Assembly (NCBI GenBank): GCA_010093605.1
Contig: MU004204.1
Span: 80,959 to 144,958 of the forward strand
Origin: Lophium mytilinum
Taxonomy: Eukaryota
DNA length: 64,000 nt
Direction of reading: 5' to 3'
In this document: one piece after another, positions 50,642 to 62,364 of the stretch
Layout: every line of letters starts with the position of its first letter
Position numbering within the stretch: the first letter of the stretch is position 1
Notes under the pieces: generated by a model
Told to the model about the DNA's origin: nothing
What the model saw: only the letters and a program-made list of their open reading frames with translations
Database searches by the model: none
Made by a program: the position numbers and the translations under genes

Positions 50642-52234
50642 ATGGATTAAAGCTTTGCAGAGAATATGCACAGGCTGGATATGTATTAAGAAGACAAGGA
50701 CGGAAGCAAACACACGTTCCCGGATGCACATGATTCATTAATAGAAACTGGACATACCTTTACTATACATGGCAACTGCACACGTTGAGGAGCAAGGCAA
50801 TACGACTGGTAGGGGCTAGTAAAACTGTCTTAACGTCAGGGTTTCAGTACATAACTGAGAGATATCCCAAGAGTGAAGTTGTGGCGGCCGATAACAGATT
50901 GAAATATCACCTGTTTATTGAACCGTTACCAGGTAGATGGCTAACATGCAATGCCGCTGACCAAAAGTAAACCCCTGTTTACTGCAGATGGAATAGCTGC
51001 CCGCAGGTCCTCGAAGGGTGAGCCTTGCGGCAGCTTCAGCCGCAGCTAGGACACAGTGGCTGAGGCGTGCAACATGGCTAGCTGGATCCCCCAGTCTTCG
51101 AGATGAATCGAAGCAGAAGACTGTGAAGCGCCGGAGATCCGAGAGTAGTTCAAGCAGCCGCAAACTGGCCACTTACCGGGCGTGTGAGCCTGAGAAAGGA
51201 AGGTCGCTTCATGCGGGGTTGGTGTGCACATGACGGCGACGATATGCAGTGTGCTCCATCGCAATCACTAAACGCTGCATGATCTCGCCCTTGGGTGGAG
51301 GATAGAATGTTCCATCGCCGTCGGTCCAGCGCGGGAGGGGCCTCTACGCTGCAAGAGGATGGAAGAGAGCAAAAAGCAAGCAGCTCGGTCGAGATTGGAA
51401 GCGCAACTGGGGGCCGGAGAGCTTCGACGGCGTGTGGTTGGACTGCTGGACTGCGTCATCTACTGGAACGACTGGCAGCCGCTGCTCTGGCCTGCTTCGG
51501 TCGCTACCTCCTACCCTGTCGTCGCAAGATCGCATCTCCTCAGTCCGCGCTGCTGAGACTCTGCCTCTTCAACTCTACCGCTTCATCCCATCTGCTGCGC
51601 CCCGAGTCGCAGTCGCACGCTTGCTGCTTCGCAAACTTTTCCTGTGCCTGCGGCGTTGTGCTGTGCATTGCCATCTCGCTGCCGCCGTGTGCTCTCTCTC
51701 CCCGTACGCGCAAGCGACCTCTGCTATTCGACACCTTGCGCCGGCCCTCCAACCACCGCATTTTGGCTCCCTACTGGTCCCTTCCATCGCCCGCCAAAAC
51801 GCTTTTCTGAGTCCACCTGAAACGTCCTGTTTTCTGAGCCTTAGGAGTCGACGGCGACCTGCTTGACGGCTGTGAACTGCGAACTGCGCCCAGCATCTAC
51901 CCGCAGCCTTGGACGGCCCTTTATCGAGTCCCGCAGCGCTCCTGCAATCCCATCTCAACGTTCGCAGATACCACTACTTTCGAGCGCCTGGATACCTCTG
52001 TGCAGCGTTTCTGGACTTGTACAGTCGACATATCGGTGCGAGGAATACGTTGGACTAGCTGGTGGAATTCTGGATAGCTCCTACTCGCCACTCACGGACG
52101 AGCGATGACTCTCGACATTGGAGAGTTATGAAAACCGGCATATTTGGCATCTGATTGGAGACTGGAGACTGGAAACATAGGCGTCCGTCAGCTGAAGCTC
52201 CGAGGCGCATTGCACGTTGCTTGGCTCCTGGACT

Positions 52235-55200
52235 ATGTTAAGCATCACCAACATGCCCCGTTCGGACCAGGCCTACTCCCTACTCGAATCCTCTTTCCTG
52301 GACGCACCCAAGTTGAGAGCCCACAAGACTCTGCCACGAAGAAGTGACGATTTTCGGACCGTCTTTCCCGCCGCCGCTCCAATCAAAGCTCAAGCTTCAT
52401 TCACAGACGACGAGACCCCAACCGCGCTTGACGACGAATATCCCACCCTGGAGCCTTCACCGGGCGTGTTAGCAAGAGTAGACTCAAATCTACCTCCAAC
52501 ACCACCCACAAATGGGCAGGAAGATACTCAACACACCGACTTCGGCCAGCCGACGCTTGCGAATGGTACGATGCCCACCCTAACGTCCAACAAATCCTCA
52601 TTTAGCACTCCGATCAACCAGCGGAGTCCGCCCACTCCAGATCCTAGCCCTCCGAGGACCACCGAGTCCCTGGGCTCTCTCGAACGACCTCCCTTGTTTC
52701 CATACCCATCCTCCTCGAGGGCCGAGTCCTTCAAAACTGCTAAAGAGGAGCAATCAACAGCGGGGGATAGCAGATCACATCTCCCGATAGGCAATACTTG
52801 GGAACACCAGTATAATGAGCGATCTGCGTTCGTAGACCAGGACGAGAGTGGATTGGGGCTAGCGTTTGAGTATGAAGATGGCGATTCCACGCCGACGGCA
52901 CGTAAGCCATCTTCTGATTATGTCGCGGACAAGAAACCTTATGAAGGTGAAGAGCAGGGCAGGGGCTTTGATGACATCCCGAATCGGGAATGGGACACAA
53001 ATCTAATGAGGAATGTCACTGTCCGCAGGAAGCGGCGAGCCACGAGTCCGCCTAAACAACAAAGACTGGACGCCATCGATACTACGTCAACTGGCACTGG
53101 CTCCACCGTGAGAAGGACTTCGAGCTTGAGAGAACGGGTGGAATCAAGCAAAGAGAGCCCCCACACACCATCCATGGAGAGGTTTGCCCAAGACATTGGG
53201 TGGCCGACTGAAGTTAATCACGCACTCAACTCGCACCTGCGAGAGTCCGAGTCCCGACGGCACTCTGGAATGTCTGTATCATCCACAGTGGTCGAGGCAG
53301 TAGTGATTGTTACCCCGCCCCAGCGTCGGCAGACTCTTCGTCACACTGGAAAAAACCTTGTTCGGCGTGCAGATGGCACCTCTTCCACTGAACGCAGCCC
53401 AATCTCTCAATCAAACCGAAACTCGTTAAACTCTGACGATCTTCCACTCCACCGACTGGTACACCGAAAATCACGAATTCCAGAGAGGAAGCACATGTTG
53501 AATGGAGAATCAGATGTGCTTGGACTGGAAACACCATCCGCTCCCACATCAGCCGGAACGTCTCGCGGCGTGACTAGACATGTGGCGCCAATACAACACA
53601 ACGATGCGTTAGCTCTTCACACTGCACTAGAGTCACCAAATGGCATGTCGAAACGATCAACCTCGAACCCGAAGACTAGCAGAGGTGCTGGAAGCTATCA
53701 AAAGCGAGTGTTCTCTGCACCCGAAGCTACAAGGGATATTCCAACCCCTCAGTCGCCTCTCAGGACGTTCTTCGAAGTTACTCCACCGGAAAGCCCTAAC
53801 GAAGAGACTCATTTTGTTCCCAGATATAAGTATGCGAGCAGAATCGCGCCGAGGAACGTGCCTGTATTAGACACCGCCTTTTCTTCGAGGGCCGGCCTTG
53901 GATCTCAAGATGCTTCTCCAACATCTCCGAGGCTCAGGAGAATGAAACGCACGTCCGATCAATTCTCCAGTCCCCTGTCGAGTCCAGCTGATACATCAAA
54001 GGCGCTTCCAGCAATTCCTACAGCCCCGCATTTTCAAACGGCTAAGCTGCAACGAGGATTAGTACCGAAGCAATCCCCATCCCCTCAACTGGATGTTGCC
54101 AAGGCTCGTCGAAATAGCCAAGCAGAGAGCTATCACTCTCCCTCTTTTGATCTGGCAATGCAGGATATAAAGCCTCACCAGCGTAGAGGTTCGGACGGTC
54201 AAGCCGAACGCCGGAGAACATCGTCGTCAGAAACAGTGCCGACGGTCAAGGAACCACAATCCTCAGCGCCAGAGCACCCGGAGGAGAGACATCTGAGCTC
54301 TACACCCAATCACTCATCGACGTCCCAGGACGGCTTCCTGCATCCCGCCCTCGACAGAATACCCACAGAGGAGCTTCCTCATCCTCATCGGAGCTCCAAC
54401 GGCTCCTTGTTGCATCCAGATGACCGCAGAAGGATAAGCTTTGATAGATCTACAACCCGCACAGAGGAGCATGCTATGGCGCGCCACCTGTACGCTCAGT
54501 CCACGCCCTTCTCGCAGTTCTCCGATACGACTCCAGACGCCTTGGAAGTCAGCGAAGCCACAGCCGTCAGCATTTATCCTCACAACAATCATTCTCTGCT
54601 TGTGGTCCAGCAACTGTCGCGTTCGAATACGCTTCCTATCACTCGCCGCGAGCTTACCCCAGATTCTGTGCACACCTCTCGGCTGTCTGTTGATACTCGC
54701 AGCCGCGAACAGCACAACACACAGCCCTCATTGACCTTCGAGCCATCCACCCCAACCCAGCCAGTCGGTCTCCCAGAACTAGGTATCGTTGACTCTCCCC
54801 TCAAGAACCCACGGGAGGCCCCCATACCTCCAGTGATCAAGTTCATCCCGCCCACCCCCGCCGAAGAACTCGATCGCCAGCTCCACCCTGGCCCACCACT
54901 ACACACCAACTCGCTCCCCGTGCGCCGTCTCAGCCTCCGCCAGCGCGCCCGCCGCTACTCCGACACCCTCATCGCGCCCCTCCTCGCACGCAACCCGAGC
55001 CTCAAAGCGCGCGCGACTAGCAGCGGCACCCCCCGCCACGCCGCCTTCACCGACCACGCCGTGCCGACCGTCAGCGAGGACGAGGGCAACCTGCACCCCT
55101 TCTGGCGCCCGCGCGGCTTCTGGGACGGCTTCGAGGACTCGGACTCAGACTCGGACAGCGACTTTGGCGATACGCGCCTGCCTTCGGGCGGCGACACCAG

Positions 55201-55732
55201 CGACGTGCACCTCGAGCAGCAAAAGCCGGCCGCGAGGCCCAACGGCGGCCTCGGCACGCTCGGCCGCCGCCTCACCAACGGCTTCAAGGGCTCCGGCGGG
55301 TTTCTGATTGGGAATTCGCTGGGTGTGCAGCGCGCCGGCACGAATCGGAGGAGGCATTATGTTGATGTGCCGGTGCGGGCGAGGTCGCCGCCGACGAGGG
55401 CGAGGACGCCGCCGGCGGTGCCGAAGCTGGTGGTGCAGCGGCCGACTTTCCCGCGCAAGAATGGGGTGAGGAGGGCGGGGAGCCAGAGCACGTTGAGGAG
55501 CCAGCCGAGTTTTGAGAGAGGGGTAGGAGGGGGGCGGCGGGATGAGTGGCGCAAGGGGAAGAAGATCCCCGGGCTGGGGATGCAGGTGCAGTATATTGGG
55601 TTTAGCGGGGTTAAGGAGAAGATTCGGGAGCGGCGGGAGAAGAAGTGGGAGAGGGAGAGGGAGGGGAGGAGGGAGGAGATTCGGAAGAGTATTGGGCCGA
55701 AGTTTTTGGTGGAGGGGTCGAGAGTGGTGTAG
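52235..55732 (+). CDS. Large Ser/Pro/Arg-rich hypothetical protein (single exon, about 1165 aa)
   Basis: Uninterrupted 3.5-kb ORF, mostly low complexity, with ordered-looking islands (EWDTNLMRNVTVRRKR; TPFSQFSD..LEVSEATAVSIYPHNNHSLLVVQQ; LHPFWRPRGFWD). Confidence 0.85.
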   Translation: MLSITNMPRSDQAYSLLESSFLDAPKLRAHKTLPRRSDDFRTVFPAAAPIKAQASFTDDETPTALDDEYPTLEPSPGVLARVDSNLPPTPPTNGQEDTQHTDFGQPTLANGTMPTLTSNKSSFSTPINQRSPPTPDPSPPRTTESLGSLERPPLFPYPSSSRAESFKTAKEEQSTAGDSRSHLPIGNTWEHQYNERSAFVDQDESGLGLAFEYEDGDSTPTARKPSSDYVADKKPYEGEEQGRGFDDIPNREWDTNLMRNVTVRRKRRATSPPKQQRLDAIDTTSTGTGSTVRRTSSLRERVESSKESPHTPSMERFAQDIGWPTEVNHALNSHLRESESRRHSGMSVSSTVVEAVVIVTPPQRRQTLRHTGKNLVRRADGTSSTERSPISQSNRNSLNSDDLPLHRLVHRKSRIPERKHMLNGESDVLGLETPSAPTSAGTSRGVTRHVAPIQHNDALALHTALESPNGMSKRSTSNPKTSRGAGSYQKRVFSAPEATRDIPTPQSPLRTFFEVTPPESPNEETHFVPRYKYASRIAPRNVPVLDTAFSSRAGLGSQDASPTSPRLRRMKRTSDQFSSPLSSPADTSKALPAIPTAPHFQTAKLQRGLVPKQSPSPQLDVAKARRNSQAESYHSPSFDLAMQDIKPHQRRGSDGQAERRRTSSSETVPTVKEPQSSAPEHPEERHLSSTPNHSSTSQDGFLHPALDRIPTEELPHPHRSSNGSLLHPDDRRRISFDRSTTRTEEHAMARHLYAQSTPFSQFSDTTPDALEVSEATAVSIYPHNNHSLLVVQQLSRSNTLPITRRELTPDSVHTSRLSVDTRSREQHNTQPSLTFEPSTPTQPVGLPELGIVDSPLKNPREAPIPPVIKFIPPTPAEELDRQLHPGPPLHTNSLPVRRLSLRQRARRYSDTLIAPLLARNPSLKARATSSGTPRHAAFTDHAVPTVSEDEGNLHPFWRPRGFWDGFEDSDSDSDSDFGDTRLPSGGDTSDVHLEQQKPAARPNGGLGTLGRRLTNGFKGSGGFLIGNSLGVQRAGTNRRRHYVDVPVRARSPPTRARTPPAVPKLVVQRPTFPRKNGVRRAGSQSTLRSQPSFERGVGGGRRDEWRKGKKIPGLGMQVQYIGFSGVKEKIRERREKKWEREREGRREEIRKSIGPKFLVEGSRVV

Positions 55733-56159
55733 GCTGAGGGGAAGACTTTGTTTCTTGCGCGGTGTTTTGGGTGTGTTGTTTTGGGATTTGTTTGGGCTTG
55801 AGGGAGCTTCTTCGATGGTGGATGGGCGGATTTCTTGATGAATATCACGAGACTCATGGTATACGAGGGTTATGGCTTGCTGGTCATGCTTTTTCTTGGT
55901 TCGTTGCTGTAAGTGGAAGAGGGGAGCGTAGATTGTGGGGGGATGGGAGGGTATTGTGTACTACTACTACTACTGGAATGGATGGAGGGGGAAGCAGATG
56001 CTTGGATGAGTATATGAATGGAGACTATGAGTTCCATCACCTTGGAATTGAGCGGGATTGGAGAGTGAAATCTCGTACTCGATAACACCATATTTTTCTG
56101 AGGCGAATGAAGACTTCTAATAGAGTTTGAGAGGGAGGAAAATTGGTGCGATACTGATG

Positions 56160-56456
56160 TCACGTGCCAATCTCGTTTCCCAAACTTTCTGTTCCTCCGC
56201 TAACATTAGACGACCCCGCGCAATCAGAGGAGCTGGAGGCCTTGTCCGAGTCACGAATGGAGGCTCTAAATTCACTATCAGACTTAGCGTCGCTGACGTC
56301 ACGTGCAAGCTAGTCCTGCATCTTCACTAAGGTCAGGCAACCTGCATCAGGATTGAATCTCTTAGAAGGAGATAAAGACTTAGACTCCTATTACAGCTTT
56401 GGAGACGAACGTATACAGTACCTGATAGTGTTTCAAATTACGCTAATATCACGTGC
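56160..56456. promoter_or_regulatory. Three TCACGTGC sites in the same orientation
   Basis: TCACGTGC at 56160, 56299 and 56449. Confidence 0.35.
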
Positions 56457-57892
56457 AAACCATTACCAATCCGTGCCTGAGGCTCTTCGCCAACCCCGCA
56501 TTTACACCTCAAACATCGCCGTCGCACAAGAAAAGAAACTGAAATACGAGAAGATCCCTACCATGCGTACACGGCTACAGGACCGGTACCCCATCGCCCA
56601 CCACGCATCAGCACTTGCGACAATCCCGTCGCAGAGGCTGTGGAGGCTAACTCTATCCACGGATCTGCGCTGCAAGTCCGCCTGCAACTTGCACACGCAG
56701 AGCTGATGCCAAGGCCCCGCCAGTGGCGGAAGATAAGGTGGAGAACGCACGCCCGAGGTCGCAGGTGGAACGGGGCCCGCGTCTCATTGGGCAGCAGCAT
56801 GCAGCTAGAGGGCGGGATAGTCAACTACGTCTGTGGGGGCCTAGGTAGGGGGGTCGTATTTTTGGCATTTTCTACCTAGATGGTATGTAGGGCCGTAGTA
56901 GACGGAGGCGAGCGCTATTCCGGCCGCAGCTTATTTAGGGATTGGGCGACTTGCGGCGTTGCACGTTTTAGGGCAGCCTGGAATAGATTTGGCTGGGCCG
57001 CCCTGTGTTGTATGGGGTATATGTGGTGACTTGTACAGTACTTGTGATGCTTTGCTGGTGTGTCTGTCTGGGGCAGTTTCGTCATGAGGGATTGCGCAAC
57101 GGGGTGGGCGACGTGGCGGCGGGAATGGGGGCTTTTGATGGTGGGGATGGGCAGGTGGTGGCGGGCGACGTTATTCGGCAGGGTGAGACGGCGGAGCATT
57201 GCTGAAACAAGTTGCGGGTATGGTTTGAAGGGCTTTTGCCTCTGTGGTGTGATTGGTGCGTATGGGGAAAAGGCGTGGCTGAATGCGATGGCATTGAGTT
57301 GTGGGTAAGGATGTAATTGCTGGAGGAGCTGGAGATCGTCGCCTCCTTCACCGTTTCTCTTGCGTAGGTTGTAGCTGCTGTCACCGTTACTTTGCTACCT
57401 ACGCTTCTCCACCCGCAGCTGGAAATCGTTGCATCACGGCCGCCTATTCTCATCAGCCTCGGCCGTGCCTACCTGGAAGTTACCAGTGAGTAAGCGCCAT
57501 ATGTGCCGCATTTGACATCTCGCCGCCCCTCATCTGGTTAGGTGTGTGCGCTTTACGAGCACCTCGTTTAGAAACCTAGGGCACTGCTAAGATCCTCAGG
57601 GCTGGGACGTGCAGCCTTGACCCACGATAACGCACCTGGGCACCCACTTGGTGGTTAGAGACCCCCGAGCAATCCCCCGGCGTCACCTATCCAACCTAAA
57701 CACCACGTCTCTCAACCTTCACTACCACAATTCCTCTTGCCGATACCCTCTTCTCTCGCACGCCGCATGAGAGCCTCCATCCACTCCCTCGAACCACCGT
57801 CCGTCCTCTCCTTCGACCCCACCCCCGTCGCGTGCCTAATTACCTAGCCGCCGCCGCCCTCTCAACCCTCACCCTCCCCAACCACGACCACA

Positions 57893-60800
57893 ATGGACGA
57901 CCCAGCGAGCATCAGCAAGGCGAACAAGTTCCTCAGCAAGTCGCGCTGGGGGCGCAAGATTGGCGGCAGCTCCAAGGAAACGCCCGACGACGCCCTCGCG
58001 AGGGAGGCCCAGAAGCTCCAGGTCCAGCAAGACGTCGACGACTTCCTGAAACCCTCTACCCAGAAATCCCACCCATCCCTCCCTAAACCGCGCATTGACA
58101 TTGCTGCCGCTCAACGATGGCCCAGTGCAAAAGAAATCCTGTCCGCTGCTCGCTCCCCCGGTGCGGGGCTGGCGACGGCAGGCCTCACGAGCTCATTGCG
58201 GGGCAGCGAGAACGCGAAGCCGAAGCGGGCCAAGGGCCTCTCTGTGTCCTTCGCGCGGACGGCGCCGGAGATTGTTGGCCACGGCGGCGACGAGACCGAG
58301 GAGGCGCCAATCGAGGTCTCGAAGCGGAAGAACAGCGTGTCGAGCGCGGTGCCAGCGCGACCAGAGGTACATCAAGACGACAGCGTGCTGGGGATGCGCA
58401 CGCCGGACTTCAATGGCTGGAGGGGCGATCAGGGGCAAACTACTGGTGTCGAGAGGCCGGTGATTCCCAAGAGGTCGACTACTTCGCATGGAGAGATTTC
58501 CCCGCCGTTGCAGGCCAAGATGGAGATGGGGAATATCACTTCGCAGGCGCAGCCTCCACCGCCTCCGCCGCGGGGGGTGGGGCCAATGGGGCTGGGAGAG
58601 CGTCCGAAACCGCTGCAAAGGGCTCCGACCGGATTCGGAGATGTTGATGATGGTGTTTCGAGGCCGAGCTTTGATTCTACCTTTTCGAGGGATTCGGACG
58701 ATTTCAATTCTTTACAGCGTGGACCGAGTGTGCGCACGGTAGAATCGGTGGCTGAAGAAAATGAGGAGGAGGATTTCGTGCCTCGACCTATGCTGCGGAC
58801 TCAGACAGGATTTGCCAATGAGCAGATATCGGATCAACATCCGAGCTTGCCTGATTTCAATTTTGGGGACGATTCCCCAATCATGTCCAAGAAACACTTC
58901 CTGGAGAGCGAGCCTTCGGATCCCAGCTCCTTCGCGGCGAGGGTTCAGCACCAGATGAGGGCCGAGGAGGGGAGGGCGTTGCATGCGGGCGTGACGCAAC
59001 CCGCTACTGATTCTGATGGCAGGCCTTCATTAGACAGTGGGAGTTCGTACTCCAATACAACATCACCGGAGTCGTATCGATCACCCCCTTTTCCTGCTGC
59101 ACAGGATCAATTCCAAAGACGGCCAACTAACACCACACGACCTTCTCACGAGCCTGCACCACCGCAAGGACAACTCCAGTCCAGGCCGTCGAACGCTACA
59201 CGGCCTTCGTACGAGCCTGCGCCGCCAAAAGGTCAACTTCAACCGCGCCCATCGAATGCTACCCGACCTTCTTATGAGCCTGCGCCATCACAGGGGCAAC
59301 TCCAGCCACAGCCATCAAACGCTGGATCTATCACTCCGAGCAGAACGCCTGAACCTCGTGTGGCTGTGCAATTAGAATCCGAACCACATCGCTCGCATGC
59401 CCGAAAGCCATCTCAAGATCCTCCTATCAGGAAGCCCCTTCCTTCGCCTGTTCCTGGTAGTGAAGGCGTTGATTCGTATTTCAATGGTCGTCCAGGTTCC
59501 AATTCGTCGAATTATGCCACCCCCCTGACCACGCCTATGGTACAAGGCTCTTCTCTCTCCCCCAAGAAGGGCCAATTCAGCAATGTTCCTTCTCGCAACA
59601 ACTCTCTGCGCCCAGCGCCCCCATCCCCGCGGCGTAGCTCTCCCGGTCACGCCGCTTCTCATTCGCTCAACCAGATTGACTTTGGTCAGTCGTTACAGTC
59701 TCCCCAGGCTCCGGCCTTTCAAAACGCCGGACCTCAGGTCCCCATTCATCGATCCGATACAAGATCTCAAGGCAATGCTGCCCTGGTGGACTTTGCGGAC
59801 CGTGTTACTCATATGCAAGGAATTTTCCGGCTCACAGCTGAGATGGAGAAGCCGCTTTATGAGGCAACACCTATGCAATGGTTAAGAGCTAGTATCTGGT
59901 GGTTCCTTCGAGGCCGATCTGGTATGGAAGCCCTGATTCGTGCTAAACCTCGTGGTGATGCAGCGGCGGAAGGACGTGCTCAATTACTAGCACAGCCTCA
60001 CGTTGATTTGGCTAAGACGTGGTGGATCGTTGCCGAAGTGTTGAGGAACCATCCGGGGCTAAGGAAGTACGGCGACATGCAGATGGAGTCGCAGGCTCTT
60101 GCGGCGCGTCAGGCAGGAGATACCACGATGGCCGACATATACGATACGCACGATGTTGTACTGTCGTACTTGAAGCTACTCCTAGCCTCGATGAAGCGAC
60201 ATCAAGTCATGCCGCCCCGACAGTCACTAATACAGGGCCAGGACCAGACCATCTGGCAGAAGTATCCCAATTTCTCCCTCGATGCTCAGGCGATCTTGTC
60301 CGCTCAAGCATTGCATCCTGCGAGCTGCATGCCGGTCGGCGATACGAAAGCGGATTTCGTTTATGCGCGCATGTTCGTCACGGCTTCGCTCACGACCGAG
60401 GAGGCAGAGACAGACCGTGTGCCCATGACTTGTGTTCTCTCAGTCATGCGCCCACACAACGACCTCTCTGTCAAGATCACGATATGCAGCATGACCGAAC
60501 TCGTCAACATAACCGTCCAGAACGACGCCAAGGCTCGTCCGACCTGGGAAGATGTCCAATGGAAGGTGAAGACACGCGGTCTGTATGTCACCCTTCCTCG
60601 TGGCTACACTCTCAGCGTAGAGCTCAATGAGCAAGACTTCCGTCAGCTATGGGCTATCGTGGACCACACGAACAAGGTTGCCTCTCGGCTCCGCTCCCAT
60701 GGGGACGAACGTGTTGTTTACGATCAAACCCTCCGCGACCTGAAGTACACCGACCCGACGAACCCTCAAGCCTTCCCAGCAGAGCGTGTGAAGCGGTGTA

Positions 60801-62236
60801 GGACTATCGTGTTCGAGAGGTGTGTGAAAAGCAATGAGGGAACTGGGAAGCGGCGCCTCCATCGCGGGTTCCGGATTGTTGTGGTGACGAATCCAAAGAG
60901 CAGAACATTGAGTTGCGTCAGCCACGATCTCGGTCTGCAGAAGCCTATGAACTTTGAAATCCTGGCGGATGCAGAAGAAGGCGGATTCCCGGCAATGGTG
61001 CTACGGCCTGATGAGGTGGTTGACGGCAAGCCGAAGCAGTGCACCATGTTCCTTGTTTTCAACGACGGCAAGGACAGGAATTCGCTCTATGGCACGCTCA
61101 CGGGCTCGAATGTGACGCCCGACGAGACAGTGTTCGCGCAGGTTCCGTTGAAGAATCTCGTCGTAGAAAACCTAGATCAAGCTGAGGGTTTCACGCAATC
61201 TGGCCATGCTGTGCTGCAGAGGCTTCATTGGAACGATCTCAAAGCTCTGAACATGGACCCTGAAATCGGGAATATGGATGGCGCACAGGTCGTGCTATCG
61301 GAGAGCCTGAGAGTCGTAGCGAGGCATTCGGCGGGAGCCTTGACGGATCGAATGAATATGAGTGAGTTTGCTATTCTCCCCCCTCTCTGCGCTCCACTGG
61401 TCCCAACTACCATGACATGAAACTGACCGCCCTGCAGCCCCCGGCGAATTCCGCCTCCGCCTCCAAACCAGCGGCAGCGCCGAAATCATCATTCTCCGCA
61501 ACCCACAGGAAGACATGAGCGCGGCCATCGACGCCAAACACTGCGAGCCCGACATCCCCGACGAGCTCGCCGAGCTCCTCCGCACCGTCGCCACGGCCTC
61601 AACCCTCCGCACCTACTCCTTCCACAACCTCAAAGACCTGCACACCTTCCAGCTAGCCACAACAGGCTTCTTCGTCAAGTTCGATGGCATCGCCGCCTCC
61701 TTCGCCATCGCGCGCCGCCGCATGGTCGTGCCCATCTACAAGCGGTGGGAGTCGGCGCAGGTGCGCATCCAGGTGGTGCAGCAGGACAACATCATCCAGC
61801 TGCTCGCCTTCTTTGAGGAATTTTCGCACGCCGACGCGATGAATTTCCAGCTGAAGAGCATGGATACGTTTGAGAAGCATGAGAAGGGGGGGAAGTTTTT
61901 GCTGAAGCTGGTGGATGCGAAGTTTGCGCTGCCGGTGGAGGAGCGCAAGGGGGAGGGGAAGATTGGGCAGGCGGAGGGGAAGCAGGGGGGCTGGGCGGGC
62001 GCGCGGAGAAGGTTTGTGTGTTTGGATGTGATTGAGTATCCCGGGGAGCATGATGATGTTACGGTGGGGTTTGAGAGTGCTGTTGGTATGTTTTAGTTTC
62101 TTCCCCCTCCCCCCTTTTTCCCCGGCACATGAGGAGGAATAAGGCTAACACGCAAGCAGAGCGCGACCGTTTCGCCGAAGCCCTGCCAGCGGCATCGCAG
62201 ATCGGCCGCCAGATCACCTTCAAGCGCAAGATCTGA
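57893..62236 (+). CDS. Large hypothetical protein with a disordered N-terminal half and a globular C-terminal half; exons 57893-61361, 61438-62085, 62160-62236
   Basis: The 1175-aa and 193-aa ORFs join in frame through introns GTGAGT...ACTGAC...CAG and GTATGT...GCTAAC...CAG, ending ERDRFAEALPAASQIGRQITFKRKI*. Confidence 0.88.
59120..59320 (+). repeat. Coding 63-bp (21-aa) tandem repeat, about 3.2 copies
   Basis: RPTNTTRPSHEPAPPQGQLQS / RPSNATRPSYEPAPPKGQLQP / RPSNATRPSYEPAPSQGQLQP / QPSNA, with units starting at 59120, 59183, 59246 and 59309. Confidence 0.9.
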
Positions 62237-62348
62237 AAGAAGAAGAGAAAAAAGAAACATGGCGTGGTTAGCTGGTTGCTGGTTCACTTTCTACCAATCA
62301 TCGGAGTTCTGTTAAGGCTTTTTTTCTTTGTATACCCTTTTCTGTTTT

Positions 62349-62364
62349 CTCTCTCTCTCTCTCT
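62349..62364. repeat. (CT)n microsatellite in a 3' UTR
   Basis: About 8 CT units. Confidence 0.7.

Noticed and set aside
54955..55857. Antisense and alternate-frame ORFs over G/C-skewed gene ends (also at 2813-3431, 36048-36512 and 61653-62051)
   Set aside because: Shadow ORFs caused by extreme codon skew in the real genes.
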